A DNA stretch of 64,000 nt from Planctomycetota bacterium (GTDB lineage: Bacteria > Planctomycetota > Phycisphaerae > Phycisphaerales > Phycisphaeraceae): positions 10,201 through 74,200 of the forward strand of contig JBCCOP010000001.1 of assembly GCA_039025315.1 (NCBI GenBank), in the 5' to 3' direction. This document shows, piece by piece, positions 1-9,492 of the stretch; the first letter of the stretch is position 1, and each line of letters opens with the position of its first letter. The notes under the pieces were generated by a model. That model was not told the origin of the DNA, made no database searches, and worked only from the letters and a program-made list of their open reading frames with translations. The position numbers were made by a program, and so were the translations under genes.

Positions 1-649
1 TGTCGAGGGTGAGGGTGAGCGAGCCGGCGGGGTGGAGGGAGCCGCAGGTGTGGAGGGCCAGGCGGGGCAGGCCATAGGCGGTGTGGCGTTTGGGGAGGAC
101 GCCGGTGAGGGGGTCGCCGGTGGTGTTGATGATGCCGCGGTCGCCGTGGCCGAAGAAGGAGAGCTCGGCGAGCGTGCCGTTATGGGTCATGTTGGTGAGG
201 GCGTGGCGGGTGTCGTCAGCGGTGGCCGATTCGTGGAAGACAACGTGGTAGCCGGCGTCGCGTTTGGCCTGGGCCTCGCGTCGGGCTTGCCGGAGCATGA
301 AGACGGCGAAGGCTTCGCGGGGTGGGCCGAGGCCGGCGAGGGTGGACCAGCGGGTGGCGGAGCCGAGGTGAAAGACGGCGGTGTTGGGAACGGCGGGGCG
401 GTGGGTCTCAACGAAGCCTGGGGTGAGGGGTGAATCGGCAGTCAGGGGTTCGTCGGGTGCGGGAGTAAGCGTGAGCCAGGCGTGGGCTTCGTCGGGGTTG
501 AGGCGGAGGTGGTGGCCGAGCTCGCGGACCGTCGTGGGTTCGTCGACGCGGACAACAGTGGTGGGCTGGCCGGTGCGGTCGATGGTGATCTCGGCGCTGG
601 TCTGCCAGACGAAGGAGAAGAGGACGGCGATGAATAACGCGTGTCGCAC
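1..649 (-). CDS. Putative exported hypothetical protein, 3' end outside the window
   Basis: Not in the ORF track because it has no stop in the window. Manual translation from GTG at 649 gives MRHALFIAVLFSFVWQTSA-EITIDRTG..., a signal-peptide-like start, with C-ending codons like neighbouring genes. Confidence 0.65.
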   Translation of the reverse strand, partial: MRHALFIAVLFSFVWQTSAEITIDRTGQPTTVVRVDEPTTVRELGHHLRLNPDEAHAWLTLTPAPDEPLTADSPLTPGFVETHRPAVPNTAVFHLGSATRWSTLAGLGPPREAFAVFMLRQARREAQAKRDAGYHVVFHESATADDTRHALTNMTHNGTLAELSFFGHGDRGIINTTGDPLTGVLPKRHTAYGLPRLALHTCGSLHPAGSLTLTLD

Positions 650-719
650 GGGGCGAGTGTATGGCAGGGCGACCGGTCGCGAGCGACCGGGCTAAACGGT
701 TTGTTTCTTTTCGGTGGTT

Positions 720-986
720 TTACGCGGCGTCTGTATCGATTCGCTTCTGCCGAGGCGATCGCGCGGCTTTCCATTCGGCCGCGATCAAATAAGCGATGCC
801 AACTAAGAATGCAGCCAGGGCCCAGTGATGAAAAAAGCCGAGTTCTCCATGCTCGTGGATGAAACCGACCTTTGCTCCAACGTTCGTTCGTTCCCCTTGG
901 TCGTATATAAAGACGATTAGATACCGGGCGGTGAAAAGCAGCGACGCGATGAAAAGAAAGCAGACCCCAGCGGCTCGATAATTCAT
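720..986 (-). CDS. Small two-TM membrane protein (88 aa)
   Basis: 3' part of ORF 720..1358 from ATG 986 (MNYRAAGVCFLFIASLLFTARYLIVFIY...WALAAFLVGIAYLIAAEW). Two hydrophobic helices; AGGA upstream; starts 25 bp after the topA stop. Confidence 0.65.
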   Translation of the reverse strand: MNYRAAGVCFLFIASLLFTARYLIVFIYDQGERTNVGAKVGFIHEHGELGFFHHWALAAFLVGIAYLIAAEWKAARSPRQKRIDTDAA

Positions 987-1011
987 GTCAATCCTGTGAG
1001 CAATCGGGTGA

Positions 1012-3666
1012 TTACGCGGCGTCGGCGTCGGAGTAGTCGTCTCCGATCGCGCCGGCGGGTTCTTCGCCGGCGACGATGGGGATGTAGTTCTCGTCTTCGG
1101 CGATGACGTGCCCGGACGAGGTGCGGATCTCGGGGATGGGGTTGTCTTTCTGGTGTTGGGCCCAGGCCTTTTCGAGTTCCTTCTGCTTCGCTTCGTCGAG
1201 CTTGGCGAAGCTCTCCCGGCCGCGGCACTTCGGAAACCGGCTGCACGAGAGCCAGAGCCCACGCTTGGAGTCGCGGAGCAGCAGCGTCGCCCCGGTGTCT
1301 TCGCCGCACTTGGGGCAGAGCACATCGGTCTCCATCGGCGGAGTCTTAGGCAGCACAACCGCTCCGGTCTTCGGGTCGAGCTTCACGATGTACTTGACCT
1401 CGGGGTAGTTCGATGAGGCGAGGAATGGGCCGAAGCGTCCCTTGCGACGGATCATTGGCTTGCCGTCCTCGGGGCAGAGGATGTCGGTGAGCTCGGGTTC
1501 TTGCGGCCGACCCTTGCTGTCGATGGGGGCGGCGTACTTGCAGTCGGGGTATGCGGTGCAGGAGAGGAACTTGCCGTTCTTCCCGAAGCGGTATTCGGTG
1601 GGGCTGCCGCAGGTCGGGCAGTCGTAGGGCGCGGGCTCGGTCTCGGCTTTGGCGTGGGTCATGTTCTCGAGGGCGTGCTCGAGCTGATCTTTAAAGGGTG
1701 CGTAGAAGGCTTCGAGGGTGTCTTTCCAGTCCTGGTTTTCGGATTCGATCTCGTCGAGATGGGACTCGAGCTCGCGGGTGTAGCCGACGTCCATGATGCG
1801 GGGGAAGGCCTCGATGAGCTTGGCGGTGACGACCTTGCCCAGGTCGGTGGCACGGAGGCGTTTGTCGCGGGGGGTCAGCGTCTCGACGTAGTTGCGGTCC
1901 TGGATGGTGCCGATGATCGCAGCGTAGGTCGAGGGTCGGCCGATGCCTTCCTCTTCGAGTTTTTTCTGGAGCGACGCTTCGGTGAAGCGGGCGGGGGGGC
2001 TGGTGAAGTGCTGCGTCGGGTCGAGGTCGATAGGGGTGACGGGCTGGTTCTCTTCCAGCTTCGGGAGGATCACGTCGTCGGACTTGGGCAGGCCCATGAC
2101 CTTGAGGAAGCCGTCGAAGACAAGCGTCCGCCCGGTCGCACGGAAGGTGGCGTCAACGCCTTGGGGTTTGATCGTGACCGCGGTCGAATCCCACTCGGCT
2201 GGGACCATCTGGCAGGACACAAAGCGCCGCCAGATCAGGTCATAGAGGCGGTGCTGTTCTTCGGAGAGGGCGCCGCGGACCTGGTCGGGGGTGATCGAGA
2301 CATCGGTCGGGCGGATGGCCTCGTGGGCCTCCTGGGCGTCTTTATTGGAGGACTTATAGAAGTTCGGTTTCTCCGGCATGTAGTGGTCACCGAAGTGCTG
2401 GTCGATGTGATTACGGACGGCAGAGAGGGCCTCCCCGGAGAGGTGGGTCGAGTCGGTCCGCATGTAGGTGATGAGGCCGGTCTGGCCGCGGGCACCCTTG
2501 AGGTCGACGCCCTCGTAGAGCTGCTGGGCGACCCGCATGGTGCGCTTGAGGTTGAAGCCGAGGCGGGTCGAGGCTTGCTGCTGGAGCGTTGAGGTGATGA
2601 ACGGCGGCGAGGGGCGAGACTTGGTCCGCTTGGTCTCGATGCCGGTGATGGTGTAGTCGGGGCAGGACTTGGCGACCTGGCCGAGGAAGACGCAGGGGTG
2701 CTGGGCGGGGCCCTTGGCTTCCTCGTCTTCGGACTCTTTTGTTTCGGTAAGGTTGAAGCCGAGCGACTCGGCAGCGGCGAGGGCCTGCTTGCGGTCGTCG
2801 GCATTGAACTTCTTGCCGTCGTATTCGGTGAGCTCGGCCTTGATCACGCCGCGTTCGGAGAGCCAGGCGTTCTGGTCTTTGACCGTGCGGGGGTTCTCGT
2901 CTTCACCGACGCGGTAGAACTCGGCCCAGGCCTTGCCAAGGGCGGCGGCTTGTTTGGCGTCGGGCGTGAAGAGCCCGGTGATCTTCCAGTACTCGTCGGG
3001 CACGAACGCGTCGATCTCGGCTTCGCGTTCCACGACCAGCCGAGTCGCAACGGATTGCACGCGACCCGCGGAGAGCCCGCCGGCGACCTTCTTCCAGAGC
3101 AGCGGCGAGACCTGATAACCCACGATGCGGTCGAGGATGCGGCGGGCCTGCTGCGCGTCCACCCGGTTGAGCTCGATCGAGCGGGGCTTCTCGAAGGCAC
3201 GCCCGATCTCGGCCTTGGTGATGGCGTTGAAGACGACACGTTTGGCCTCGTGCTGGTCGATGCCCAACGCGTGCACCAGGTGCCAAGCAATCGCTTCGCC
3301 CTCGCGGTCGAGGTCGGTGGCGAACCAGATGTCGTCGGCCTGCTTCGCAGCCTTCTTCAGCGCATTGACTGTCTTGGTCGAGTCCGGCATCACCTCGTAG
3401 GTGGGCTCGAAACGGTTGCTCAGATCGACCCCCGGAACGGGGTGGTCCTTGCGCTTCGCGCCTTTGGGTGCCGAGCGGGGCAGGTCGCGGATATGCCCGA
3501 CGCTGGCCATGACCACGTAGTCCGGCCCGAGGTACTTATTAATCGTCTTGGCCTTCGTTGGCGATTCGACGATGACCAGGTGCTTGCCCGACGCATCCAC
3601 GGCCGCGGCGGTCCGGGTGGATCGCTTGGTCGTTTTTTTCTTGGTGGTGGGCTTCTTCTTGGCCAT
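1012..3666 (-). CDS. topA: DNA topoisomerase I (type IA)
   Basis: LVIVESPTKAKTI, ATDLDREGEAI (TOPRIM), SAGRVQS, LITYMRTDS (catalytic Tyr), AQEAHEAIRPT, GIGRPSTYA, C-terminal zinc ribbons. Confidence 0.98.
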   Translation of the reverse strand: MAKKKPTTKKKTTKRSTRTAAAVDASGKHLVIVESPTKAKTINKYLGPDYVVMASVGHIRDLPRSAPKGAKRKDHPVPGVDLSNRFEPTYEVMPDSTKTVNALKKAAKQADDIWFATDLDREGEAIAWHLVHALGIDQHEAKRVVFNAITKAEIGRAFEKPRSIELNRVDAQQARRILDRIVGYQVSPLLWKKVAGGLSAGRVQSVATRLVVEREAEIDAFVPDEYWKITGLFTPDAKQAAALGKAWAEFYRVGEDENPRTVKDQNAWLSERGVIKAELTEYDGKKFNADDRKQALAAAESLGFNLTETKESEDEEAKGPAQHPCVFLGQVAKSCPDYTITGIETKRTKSRPSPPFITSTLQQQASTRLGFNLKRTMRVAQQLYEGVDLKGARGQTGLITYMRTDSTHLSGEALSAVRNHIDQHFGDHYMPEKPNFYKSSNKDAQEAHEAIRPTDVSITPDQVRGALSEEQHRLYDLIWRRFVSCQMVPAEWDSTAVTIKPQGVDATFRATGRTLVFDGFLKVMGLPKSDDVILPKLEENQPVTPIDLDPTQHFTSPPARFTEASLQKKLEEEGIGRPSTYAAIIGTIQDRNYVETLTPRDKRLRATDLGKVVTAKLIEAFPRIMDVGYTRELESHLDEIESENQDWKDTLEAFYAPFKDQLEHALENMTHAKAETEPAPYDCPTCGSPTEYRFGKNGKFLSCTAYPDCKYAAPIDSKGRPQEPELTDILCPEDGKPMIRRKGRFGPFLASSNYPEVKYIVKLDPKTGAVVLPKTPPMETDVLCPKCGEDTGATLLLRDSKRGLWLSCSRFPKCRGRESFAKLDEAKQKELEKAWAQHQKDNPIPEIRTSSGHVIAEDENYIPIVAGEEPAGAIGDDYSDADAA

Positions 3667-3983
3667 GCTTGAGAACGGTGGGGTGAGGGCTTGCGTTAAG
3701 CGATTCGCTGCGTCGCCGGGGTGTATGGAGCACGGGCTGCCGGCTGTCTACGGCGAGGCGGCGGGGATGGGTTCGCCGCGGTCTGGCGGAGGCTGTTTCA
3801 AGAGCCCTGCGGGCGGTCGGGAGGGGGTTCCCGTGGGTTGGTCCTGCAGTCGTGTCGGCCCGAGCGTGTTCCTCACTTGAGCAGCGGGATTCGGCGATGT
3901 CAAGTGCTCGGCCCGATCCTTCCTCAATTCAGTATCCGAATAACCCTCTGTTGAAGGCCAGCCGATCTGCGATACAAATGCAT

Positions 3984-5033
3984 TCATGGCAGCATTTTGC
4001 AGACATGATCGAGTGCGCTTTCGCAGGCTTGCTCCGCAGACATCTCGGCAGCGTCGAGCCAGTGGACCTCTCGGAAGCGTTTAAGCCAGGTGCGTTGCTG
4101 CTTGGCGAATCGGCGGGTCAGGACCTTGGTCCGCTCGAAGGCATCGTTCAGGGTTTTGATCTGGCGGTCGGGGTACCGATCGGGGGCCAGGTGGGCGAGC
4201 AGCTGTTTGTAGCCCAGGGCCTCGTTGGCTTGCGGCGTGTGTGGGCCGAGGGTGTCCTGGTCGAGCAGCCGGCGGACCTCGTCGGGGAGTGATTCGTCGG
4301 TGAAACAGACCTCGGCCGCCAGCTCGGGCTCGACCTTATCGGGGAAAAACATCGCTTTGACCCGGCGGTTGATGCGGGGGTTGATCGCCTCGGCGGGCCA
4401 GTTAAGGCCGAGGAGGGCGTAGGGCGTAGGGCGTCGGGCGTCGGGTTTTTCGGACCACTGGGTTTGGAGTTGAGAGATGGGTGCACCGGTGAGGTGGTGG
4501 ACCTCGAGGGCACGGGTGAGGCGTTGACGGTCGGCGGGGGCGATGCGGTCGGCGGCGACGGGGTCGAGGGATTGGAGCCGGCTGTGCAGCTGTTGGGGCG
4601 TGAACGGCTTGAGGGTCGCGCGGAAGGCGGGGTCGCGTGGGGGGCCGTCGAAGAGGCCTTCGAGCAGGGCTTTGAGGTAGAGGTTGGTCCCGCCGACGAT
4701 GATGGGTGTCTGGCCTTGGGCCTGGATGTCAGCGATGGCGGTGTGTGCACGGCCGAGCCAGTCGTGCACCGTGAAAGGCTGGTCAGGAGGCACCAGATCG
4801 ATGAGGTGGTGCGGCACGGCCCGGCGGTCGGTCGGGGTGGGCTTGGCGGTGCCGGTGTTGAGCTCCGTGTAGACCTGCATGGAGTCGGCTCCGATGATCT
4901 GGCCCCCACCGGGCAAAGCTCGGGCGAGGTCAAGGGCGAGGCGGGACTTGCCGCCGGCGGTCGGGCCGAGCAGGACGACGGGTCGGAGCTTTTGCGGGGA
5001 TGGGTGCGGTTGTGGGTAGGGGTGCGGGGACAC
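3984..5033 (-). CDS. miaA: tRNA dimethylallyltransferase
   Basis: GPTAGGKS P-loop, ADSMQVY, GTAKP, PHHLID, VGGTNLY, TRRFAKQQRTWL. Confidence 0.97.
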   Translation of the reverse strand: MSPHPYPQPHPSPQKLRPVVLLGPTAGGKSRLALDLARALPGGGQIIGADSMQVYTELNTGTAKPTPTDRRAVPHHLIDLVPPDQPFTVHDWLGRAHTAIADIQAQGQTPIIVGGTNLYLKALLEGLFDGPPRDPAFRATLKPFTPQQLHSRLQSLDPVAADRIAPADRQRLTRALEVHHLTGAPISQLQTQWSEKPDARRPTPYALLGLNWPAEAINPRINRRVKAMFFPDKVEPELAAEVCFTDESLPDEVRRLLDQDTLGPHTPQANEALGYKQLLAHLAPDRYPDRQIKTLNDAFERTKVLTRRFAKQQRTWLKRFREVHWLDAAEMSAEQACESALDHVCKMLP

Positions 5034-5134
5034 GTTGGGGCTTGGCTGGTGTTGAACGAGGGGGGCGGTCGATAGAACCCGTTATGCTAAACCTCTTTTT
5101 TACACTGGCGGATTCGACGACAGGAGGCTGCGAG

Positions 5135-5746
5135 ATGAGTTCATGGACCGTGGAGTCGTGGCGGGCCGGTGAGGTTGATCGTGAGGGGTTGTTGGGCTTG
5201 GCGGAGCTGCATCTTTCGGCATTCCCGCCGAAGGGCCGAAGCCGAGAGGAGTACGCGGATCGGCTGGAGCCGGAGTGGGGCCGATCGGCAAGCGGACCAC
5301 CGGTCGGCGGGGTGATGTTCGTGATCCGCGAGCCCGAAACGGGCCGGGTCATCGGGAAGGCGGCGACGTACGAGCGGGTGATCGGGGTAGACGACGCGTT
5401 GACGGGCGGCGGCGAGAACGCGGTTGGTGAAAACGGCGAGATGGCGATGCTTGCGCTGGCCGGTGTGGCGTCGTCGCCGGACCTGCGCGGCCAGGGGATT
5501 GGCGAGGCGGTGGTGCGGGCCTCGTTTGGGCGTGTGGACTCGGGCGAGTTCGGTCTGAGCCTGTTCCAGACGTCGCACCAGGTCAAGCCGTTCTACGAGC
5601 AGCTGGGTTGCCGGCTGGTGAAGAACGAGGTGACGGATTCGACGAACCCGGGCGTGCCGCCGTTCGAGGACGACGTGGTGATGGTCTACGAGGGCGCGTC
5701 GGTACTACCGCGGGGGGTGGTGGACACGCGTGGCCCGGGCTGGTGA
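5135..5746 (+). CDS. GNAT family N-acetyltransferase
   Basis: Motif A LAGVASSPDLRGQGIG and PFYEQLG; start moved to ATG 5135, which follows AGGAGG. Confidence 0.85.
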   Translation: MSSWTVESWRAGEVDREGLLGLAELHLSAFPPKGRSREEYADRLEPEWGRSASGPPVGGVMFVIREPETGRVIGKAATYERVIGVDDALTGGGENAVGENGEMAMLALAGVASSPDLRGQGIGEAVVRASFGRVDSGEFGLSLFQTSHQVKPFYEQLGCRLVKNEVTDSTNPGVPPFEDDVVMVYEGASVLPRGVVDTRGPGW

Positions 5747-5776
5747 TCCGGTGCTTGGCTGTCTGGGCGGGTGGGG

Positions 5777-6739
5777 TTAGTCCAACGGGATGATCACGGG
5801 GACGACGCGGTTGCCGCGGATCTCGAGCTGGCACGCGGCGACACCCAGCGTTTGGCCTGAACGTCGCATCTGCTCGGCCTTCAGCGCGTAGGCGTGGCTG
5901 ATCTCGCTGGCGAGGCGGTTGGGTAACGCCACGAAGAGCTTTTCGTTCGGGGCGAGGCCGAGGCGTTGGCGGGTATTGTGCTGGTCACTGGCGTATTCGA
6001 GGGTCGTGTGATTTTCCAAGCCACGGGCGAGCGGGCCGAGCAGGTCGCGGGGGAGCCGGCCTTTGCGACGGGGTGTGCCGCTGGAAAGGTCGACCTCGTC
6101 GAGCACGCGGGACTGGTCGTCGATGACCAGGACCATCACACCCCTGAGCTCGCGGAGGCGGTGCATATCGGCGGCCCGGAAGTTGAAGACAACGCCAGTC
6201 TCGCGGTCGCTGTCGGTGGCCGGGACCGGCGGGCCTTCGTTCGCTGTGGCGTTTGTCGCAGGGCTGTCGGTCGGCTCGGGTGCCGGGGGTTCGGGTGTGA
6301 GAGTAGACGTGGTCTCGGGCGTTCCCGGCGCAGGCTTGTTGCTGGTGAAAGTCTCGGTCGCAGAAGACGGCGTGGGTGTGGGCTCGGGTGTTGTGGCGGG
6401 CTCCGTGGGCTCTGGCACAGGCTCGGGGGTGGTCTCGGGCGTGGAAGGAGCGGGGGCTCCGGGCAACTCGGGTGTGGGCTCGGGCTGCGGACTCGGAGGT
6501 TCCGGCGTGTTCGGCTCGACCGTTTCCGGTTCCGCTGATTCTTCGGGTTGCGGTTCGGGTTGCGGCTCCGGCTCAGGGACGTCGGCAACGGTTACCACCA
6601 ACGGTGCATCAGCTGGCGTGTCCGCGGGGGCGTCGGCCTGGGGTGGTACGTCTGCGGGAAACAGCAGCGGCCAGAATAGGACTAGGCTCTGCAGCCCAGC
6701 GGAAACCACCACGGCGATCAGGAGTGACGGGCGGATCAC
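5777..6739 (-). CDS. TonB/TolA-like protein: N-terminal TM anchor, long Pro/Glu/Thr-rich linker, unassigned C-terminal domain
   Basis: Single TM, PEPEPQPEPQPE-type linker, 4-bp overlap with the upstream exbD-like gene. Confidence 0.65.
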   Translation of the reverse strand: MIRPSLLIAVVVSAGLQSLVLFWPLLFPADVPPQADAPADTPADAPLVVTVADVPEPEPQPEPQPEESAEPETVEPNTPEPPSPQPEPTPELPGAPAPSTPETTPEPVPEPTEPATTPEPTPTPSSATETFTSNKPAPGTPETTSTLTPEPPAPEPTDSPATNATANEGPPVPATDSDRETGVVFNFRAADMHRLRELRGVMVLVIDDQSRVLDEVDLSSGTPRRKGRLPRDLLGPLARGLENHTTLEYASDQHNTRQRLGLAPNEKLFVALPNRLASEISHAYALKAEQMRRSGQTLGVAACQLEIRGNRVVPVIIPLD

Positions 6740-7119
6740 GGCCGAGCTCCTCCACCACCGCCGGGCGATGCCACAGCAGCGATCTTGACGATGCGCCCCG
6801 CCGCCGACAGCCCGGACCAGACCAACATGACCCGGTGGTGCGACACCGCTTCGGACTGCGGCGTGAGCATCAGGGCCGTGTCGGAACCGGTCTGGTCCAG
6901 GAGTGTGTCGATCGAGGGCATGGGCTGGTCTTCCAGGAACAGTTCGTCGGGGCCGATGACCACCACGCGGGTCGTCTGCGGCGGCAGGTCGGCGAGCTGG
7001 CTGCCCTGGACCTCGGCAGGGTCGGTGTCGATCACGCCGACGCGCACCGACTGCGCCAGGAGCACAACAGCCGCACAGAGCAGGATGAACGCAAGATCGA
7101 TGAACGACTTCAGGAGCAT
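6736..7119 (-). CDS. ExbD/TolR-like protein
   Basis: N-terminal TM with the conserved Asp (SFIDLAFILL) followed by a small periplasmic alpha/beta domain; lies downstream of an ExbB-like gene. Confidence 0.8.
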   Translation of the reverse strand: MLLKSFIDLAFILLCAAVVLLAQSVRVGVIDTDPAEVQGSQLADLPPQTTRVVVIGPDELFLEDQPMPSIDTLLDQTGSDTALMLTPQSEAVSHHRVMLVWSGLSAAGRIVKIAAVASPGGGGGARP

Positions 7120-7127
7120 GGGCTAGG

Positions 7128-7670
7128 TCAGGCGGCGGGCCGGGTTGGGCGTGGTGTGATCGGGCTGGCAGTAGTTACGGGCTGTGGCGGAGACGGTCGA
7201 GGGGGTGACGGGTTGGGTCGGGGTAGTGGTGCAGGCGTGCTCTGGGCTGGTGCGGGTTGAGTCGCTGCTCCGGCCTGCTGCATCGGGTCGTTAGCGTGAT
7301 CGAACAGGCAGAGCGTGTAGTTCGCGGCGGAGGCGGTGATGGCGATGATCAGCCCGAAGACGGTCGTGATGCACGCGGTAGCGAGGCCGGCCCCGACGCC
7401 GTTGGCGGCGAGGGTGTCGTCGAGGAGTGCGAACGACTGGACGAGGCCCACTACCGTGCCGAGGAGCCCGAGCGCGGGCGGCACATCGGTGAAGAACGGC
7501 AGTGAACGCCGGTGTGCACGCAGGTGGGCGTAGATAACTTCCTGCTGCAGGATGTGCCTGCGGATCACGACGGTCCAGAGGCGTTCCAGGAGCAGGCCGC
7601 CGAGGAGTACGGAACAAAAAAGCAGCGGCCACATAATCGGGCCGCCGCGTTGAAAGAGAGACAAGAGCAT
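7128..7670 (-). CDS. MotA/TolQ/ExbB proton channel family protein (short)
   Basis: GGPIMWPLL TM1, PPALGLLGTVVGL TM2, GLATACITTVFGLIIAI TM3. Confidence 0.9.
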   Translation of the reverse strand: MLLSLFQRGGPIMWPLLFCSVLLGGLLLERLWTVVIRRHILQQEVIYAHLRAHRRSLPFFTDVPPALGLLGTVVGLVQSFALLDDTLAANGVGAGLATACITTVFGLIIAITASAANYTLCLFDHANDPMQQAGAATQPAPAQSTPAPLPRPNPSPPRPSPPQPVTTASPITPRPTRPAA

Positions 7671-7725
7671 GATGGTGATCTAGGTTGAGGTCATTGCATG
7701 GAAGACCGAGGGCGTTGAGTGGGGT

Positions 7726-8268
7726 TTAGCGCGGGTCGGCGTAGGCGGAGAGGTCGAGGGATTGGAGGACCTGCTTCGCACGGTTCTGGATGGAGCCGAG
7801 GGTGCGGTTCTCGCCACGGGTGAAGTTCACGCGGACGCCGGCGAGCTCATCGGGGCCGGCCTTACCGATCACCGGGCCTGCCGTGGCCGGGGCGGAGGGC
7901 ACCTCACGCCCGAGCCGGAGGGCGAGGACGTTGAGGCGGAAGTTGACCGCGTCGAGCTCGTCCTCCACCCCCTGCTGTTGTGCAAAAAGGCTGGTGGGAG
8001 CCGCTTCACTGGCCAAGACGGCCCGGCGGGCGGAGCGGTCGAGGTCGGCGAGCTTACGGACCAGCGTATTGCGGTCATAAAGCAGCTTGTTGAACTTTCG
8101 GCTGTCGGCCTGGCGTCGATCCTGGAAGGTACTGCTCTCGGTGGCAGCGGGGCCTGTCGGGGGCGTTGCCTGGGCGGCGGCCGGCAGGGCGGGTGCTGCT
8201 GCGGTCAGGGCGAGGGCGGCGGCGGTGGCGAGCTTAAGGGTCTTAGAGGGTCGGCGGGTGGGGTTCAT
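7726..8268 (-). CDS. Exported helical hypothetical protein
   Basis: ATG 8268 after AAAGG; basic/Ala-rich signal peptide ending AAA-Q; coiled-coil-like core. Confidence 0.75.
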   Translation of the reverse strand: MNPTRRPSKTLKLATAAALALTAAAPALPAAAQATPPTGPAATESSTFQDRRQADSRKFNKLLYDRNTLVRKLADLDRSARRAVLASEAAPTSLFAQQQGVEDELDAVNFRLNVLALRLGREVPSAPATAGPVIGKAGPDELAGVRVNFTRGENRTLGSIQNRAKQVLQSLDLSAYADPR

Positions 8269-8362
8269 GGTCTTGCCTTTCGGGTGGACAAGCGGGTGAT
8301 AGTTCTGTTGAGTGGGTTTTATTGCTTCTAGGCCTGGTGCATATAGGACGGCCGTTGTGTTG

Positions 8363-9439
8363 TTAGGGGTTTTCGAGACGGTCGAGTCGGCGAGCGAGCT
8401 CGTCGTCGACGGGGTCTTCGAGTGCGGACTGGGGGCCGGTGATCTTGTCTTCAACCTCTTGGAGGGCGACGTTGAGGTCGCCGTTCTCGTTGAGCACGAT
8501 GTCTTCGGTCTGGCGGTTGAAGGCGTCGAGCTGTTGCTGGAGGTTGGTCATGTCGGTGGCGAACCGGGCGAGTGCGCCTTCGGACGCGCCGGCGTTGTTG
8601 ACCAGCCCGAGGAGTTCGCGGGCGCCCTTCATGGTTTCCATGAGGGTGAGGTTGTCGTCGAGTCGTTGTGCGGTGGCCTCGAACTGCACGAAGAGCAGCT
8701 CGGTGTTGAGGATGACCTGCTGGTGGCTGAGCGAGACGTTGTCGAGGACCTTGAGGACCGAGGCCCAGACGCGTCGTTGGTCGGGCGAAAGGCGTTTGGC
8801 GATCTGGCGGACCTTCCCGATCTCGCGGAGGGTGCGGTACTGCATGACCAGCTTCTTGCGGCGGGTCGGGTCCTTCTCGTCTCGGATCTTCAGGGCGAGT
8901 GCGTCGAGGACGGCTTCGTTCTGCCGGTCGAGCTGGTCTTCGCGGGGCTGGCCGTCGGCGGCGGGCTTGGGGTCGGCTTCGAGGGCCTGGCCGAGGCGGT
9001 TGCGGACGAAGGCGACCTGTTCCTGCAGGTAGGACTGGGCGTCCCACATGGGGTCGAGGACGTCGTCACGGACGCGGAGGACGCCGTTGATGGCGACGAC
9101 GCATTTCTCGACGGCTTCCTGGGTTTTGCCCTGGTCGATGAGCTTTTCGGCCTCGGCGATCGAGTTCTGGAAGACCTTGAAAGAGGCGTCCATCTCCCGG
9201 CGGAGCGAGACGGTGGAGCCGTCGACCCGCTTGAAAACGGCCTGGAAGTCGTAGCCTTCGAGAGCGGGCTGGGCGAAGGTGTTGGGCTTGTCCCGCTTGA
9301 TGACCGGGGTGACCGGGCCCTGGGTGGGGGCGGCCTCCTGGGCGTGAGTCGTAAGCGTGGGCAGGGCGGGTACAGCGAGTGCAGTAGCGAGGGCGAGCCG
9401 GGTTGGGAGTCGCATGGCTTGGGGTTTCGGGCGTGGCAT
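8363..9439 (-). CDS. Exported long coiled-coil protein
   Basis: ATG 9439 after GAGG (alternative 9415); signal peptide ending THA-Q; heptad-rich helical sequence throughout. Confidence 0.8.
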   Translation of the reverse strand: MPRPKPQAMRLPTRLALATALAVPALPTLTTHAQEAAPTQGPVTPVIKRDKPNTFAQPALEGYDFQAVFKRVDGSTVSLRREMDASFKVFQNSIAEAEKLIDQGKTQEAVEKCVVAINGVLRVRDDVLDPMWDAQSYLQEQVAFVRNRLGQALEADPKPAADGQPREDQLDRQNEAVLDALALKIRDEKDPTRRKKLVMQYRTLREIGKVRQIAKRLSPDQRRVWASVLKVLDNVSLSHQQVILNTELLFVQFEATAQRLDDNLTLMETMKGARELLGLVNNAGASEGALARFATDMTNLQQQLDAFNRQTEDIVLNENGDLNVALQEVEDKITGPQSALEDPVDDELARRLDRLENP

Positions 9440-9492
9440 AAGGGGGCCTCGGGTTGGAGGGTGGACAGACGGGAAGACGGGTCGGTTGGGGG

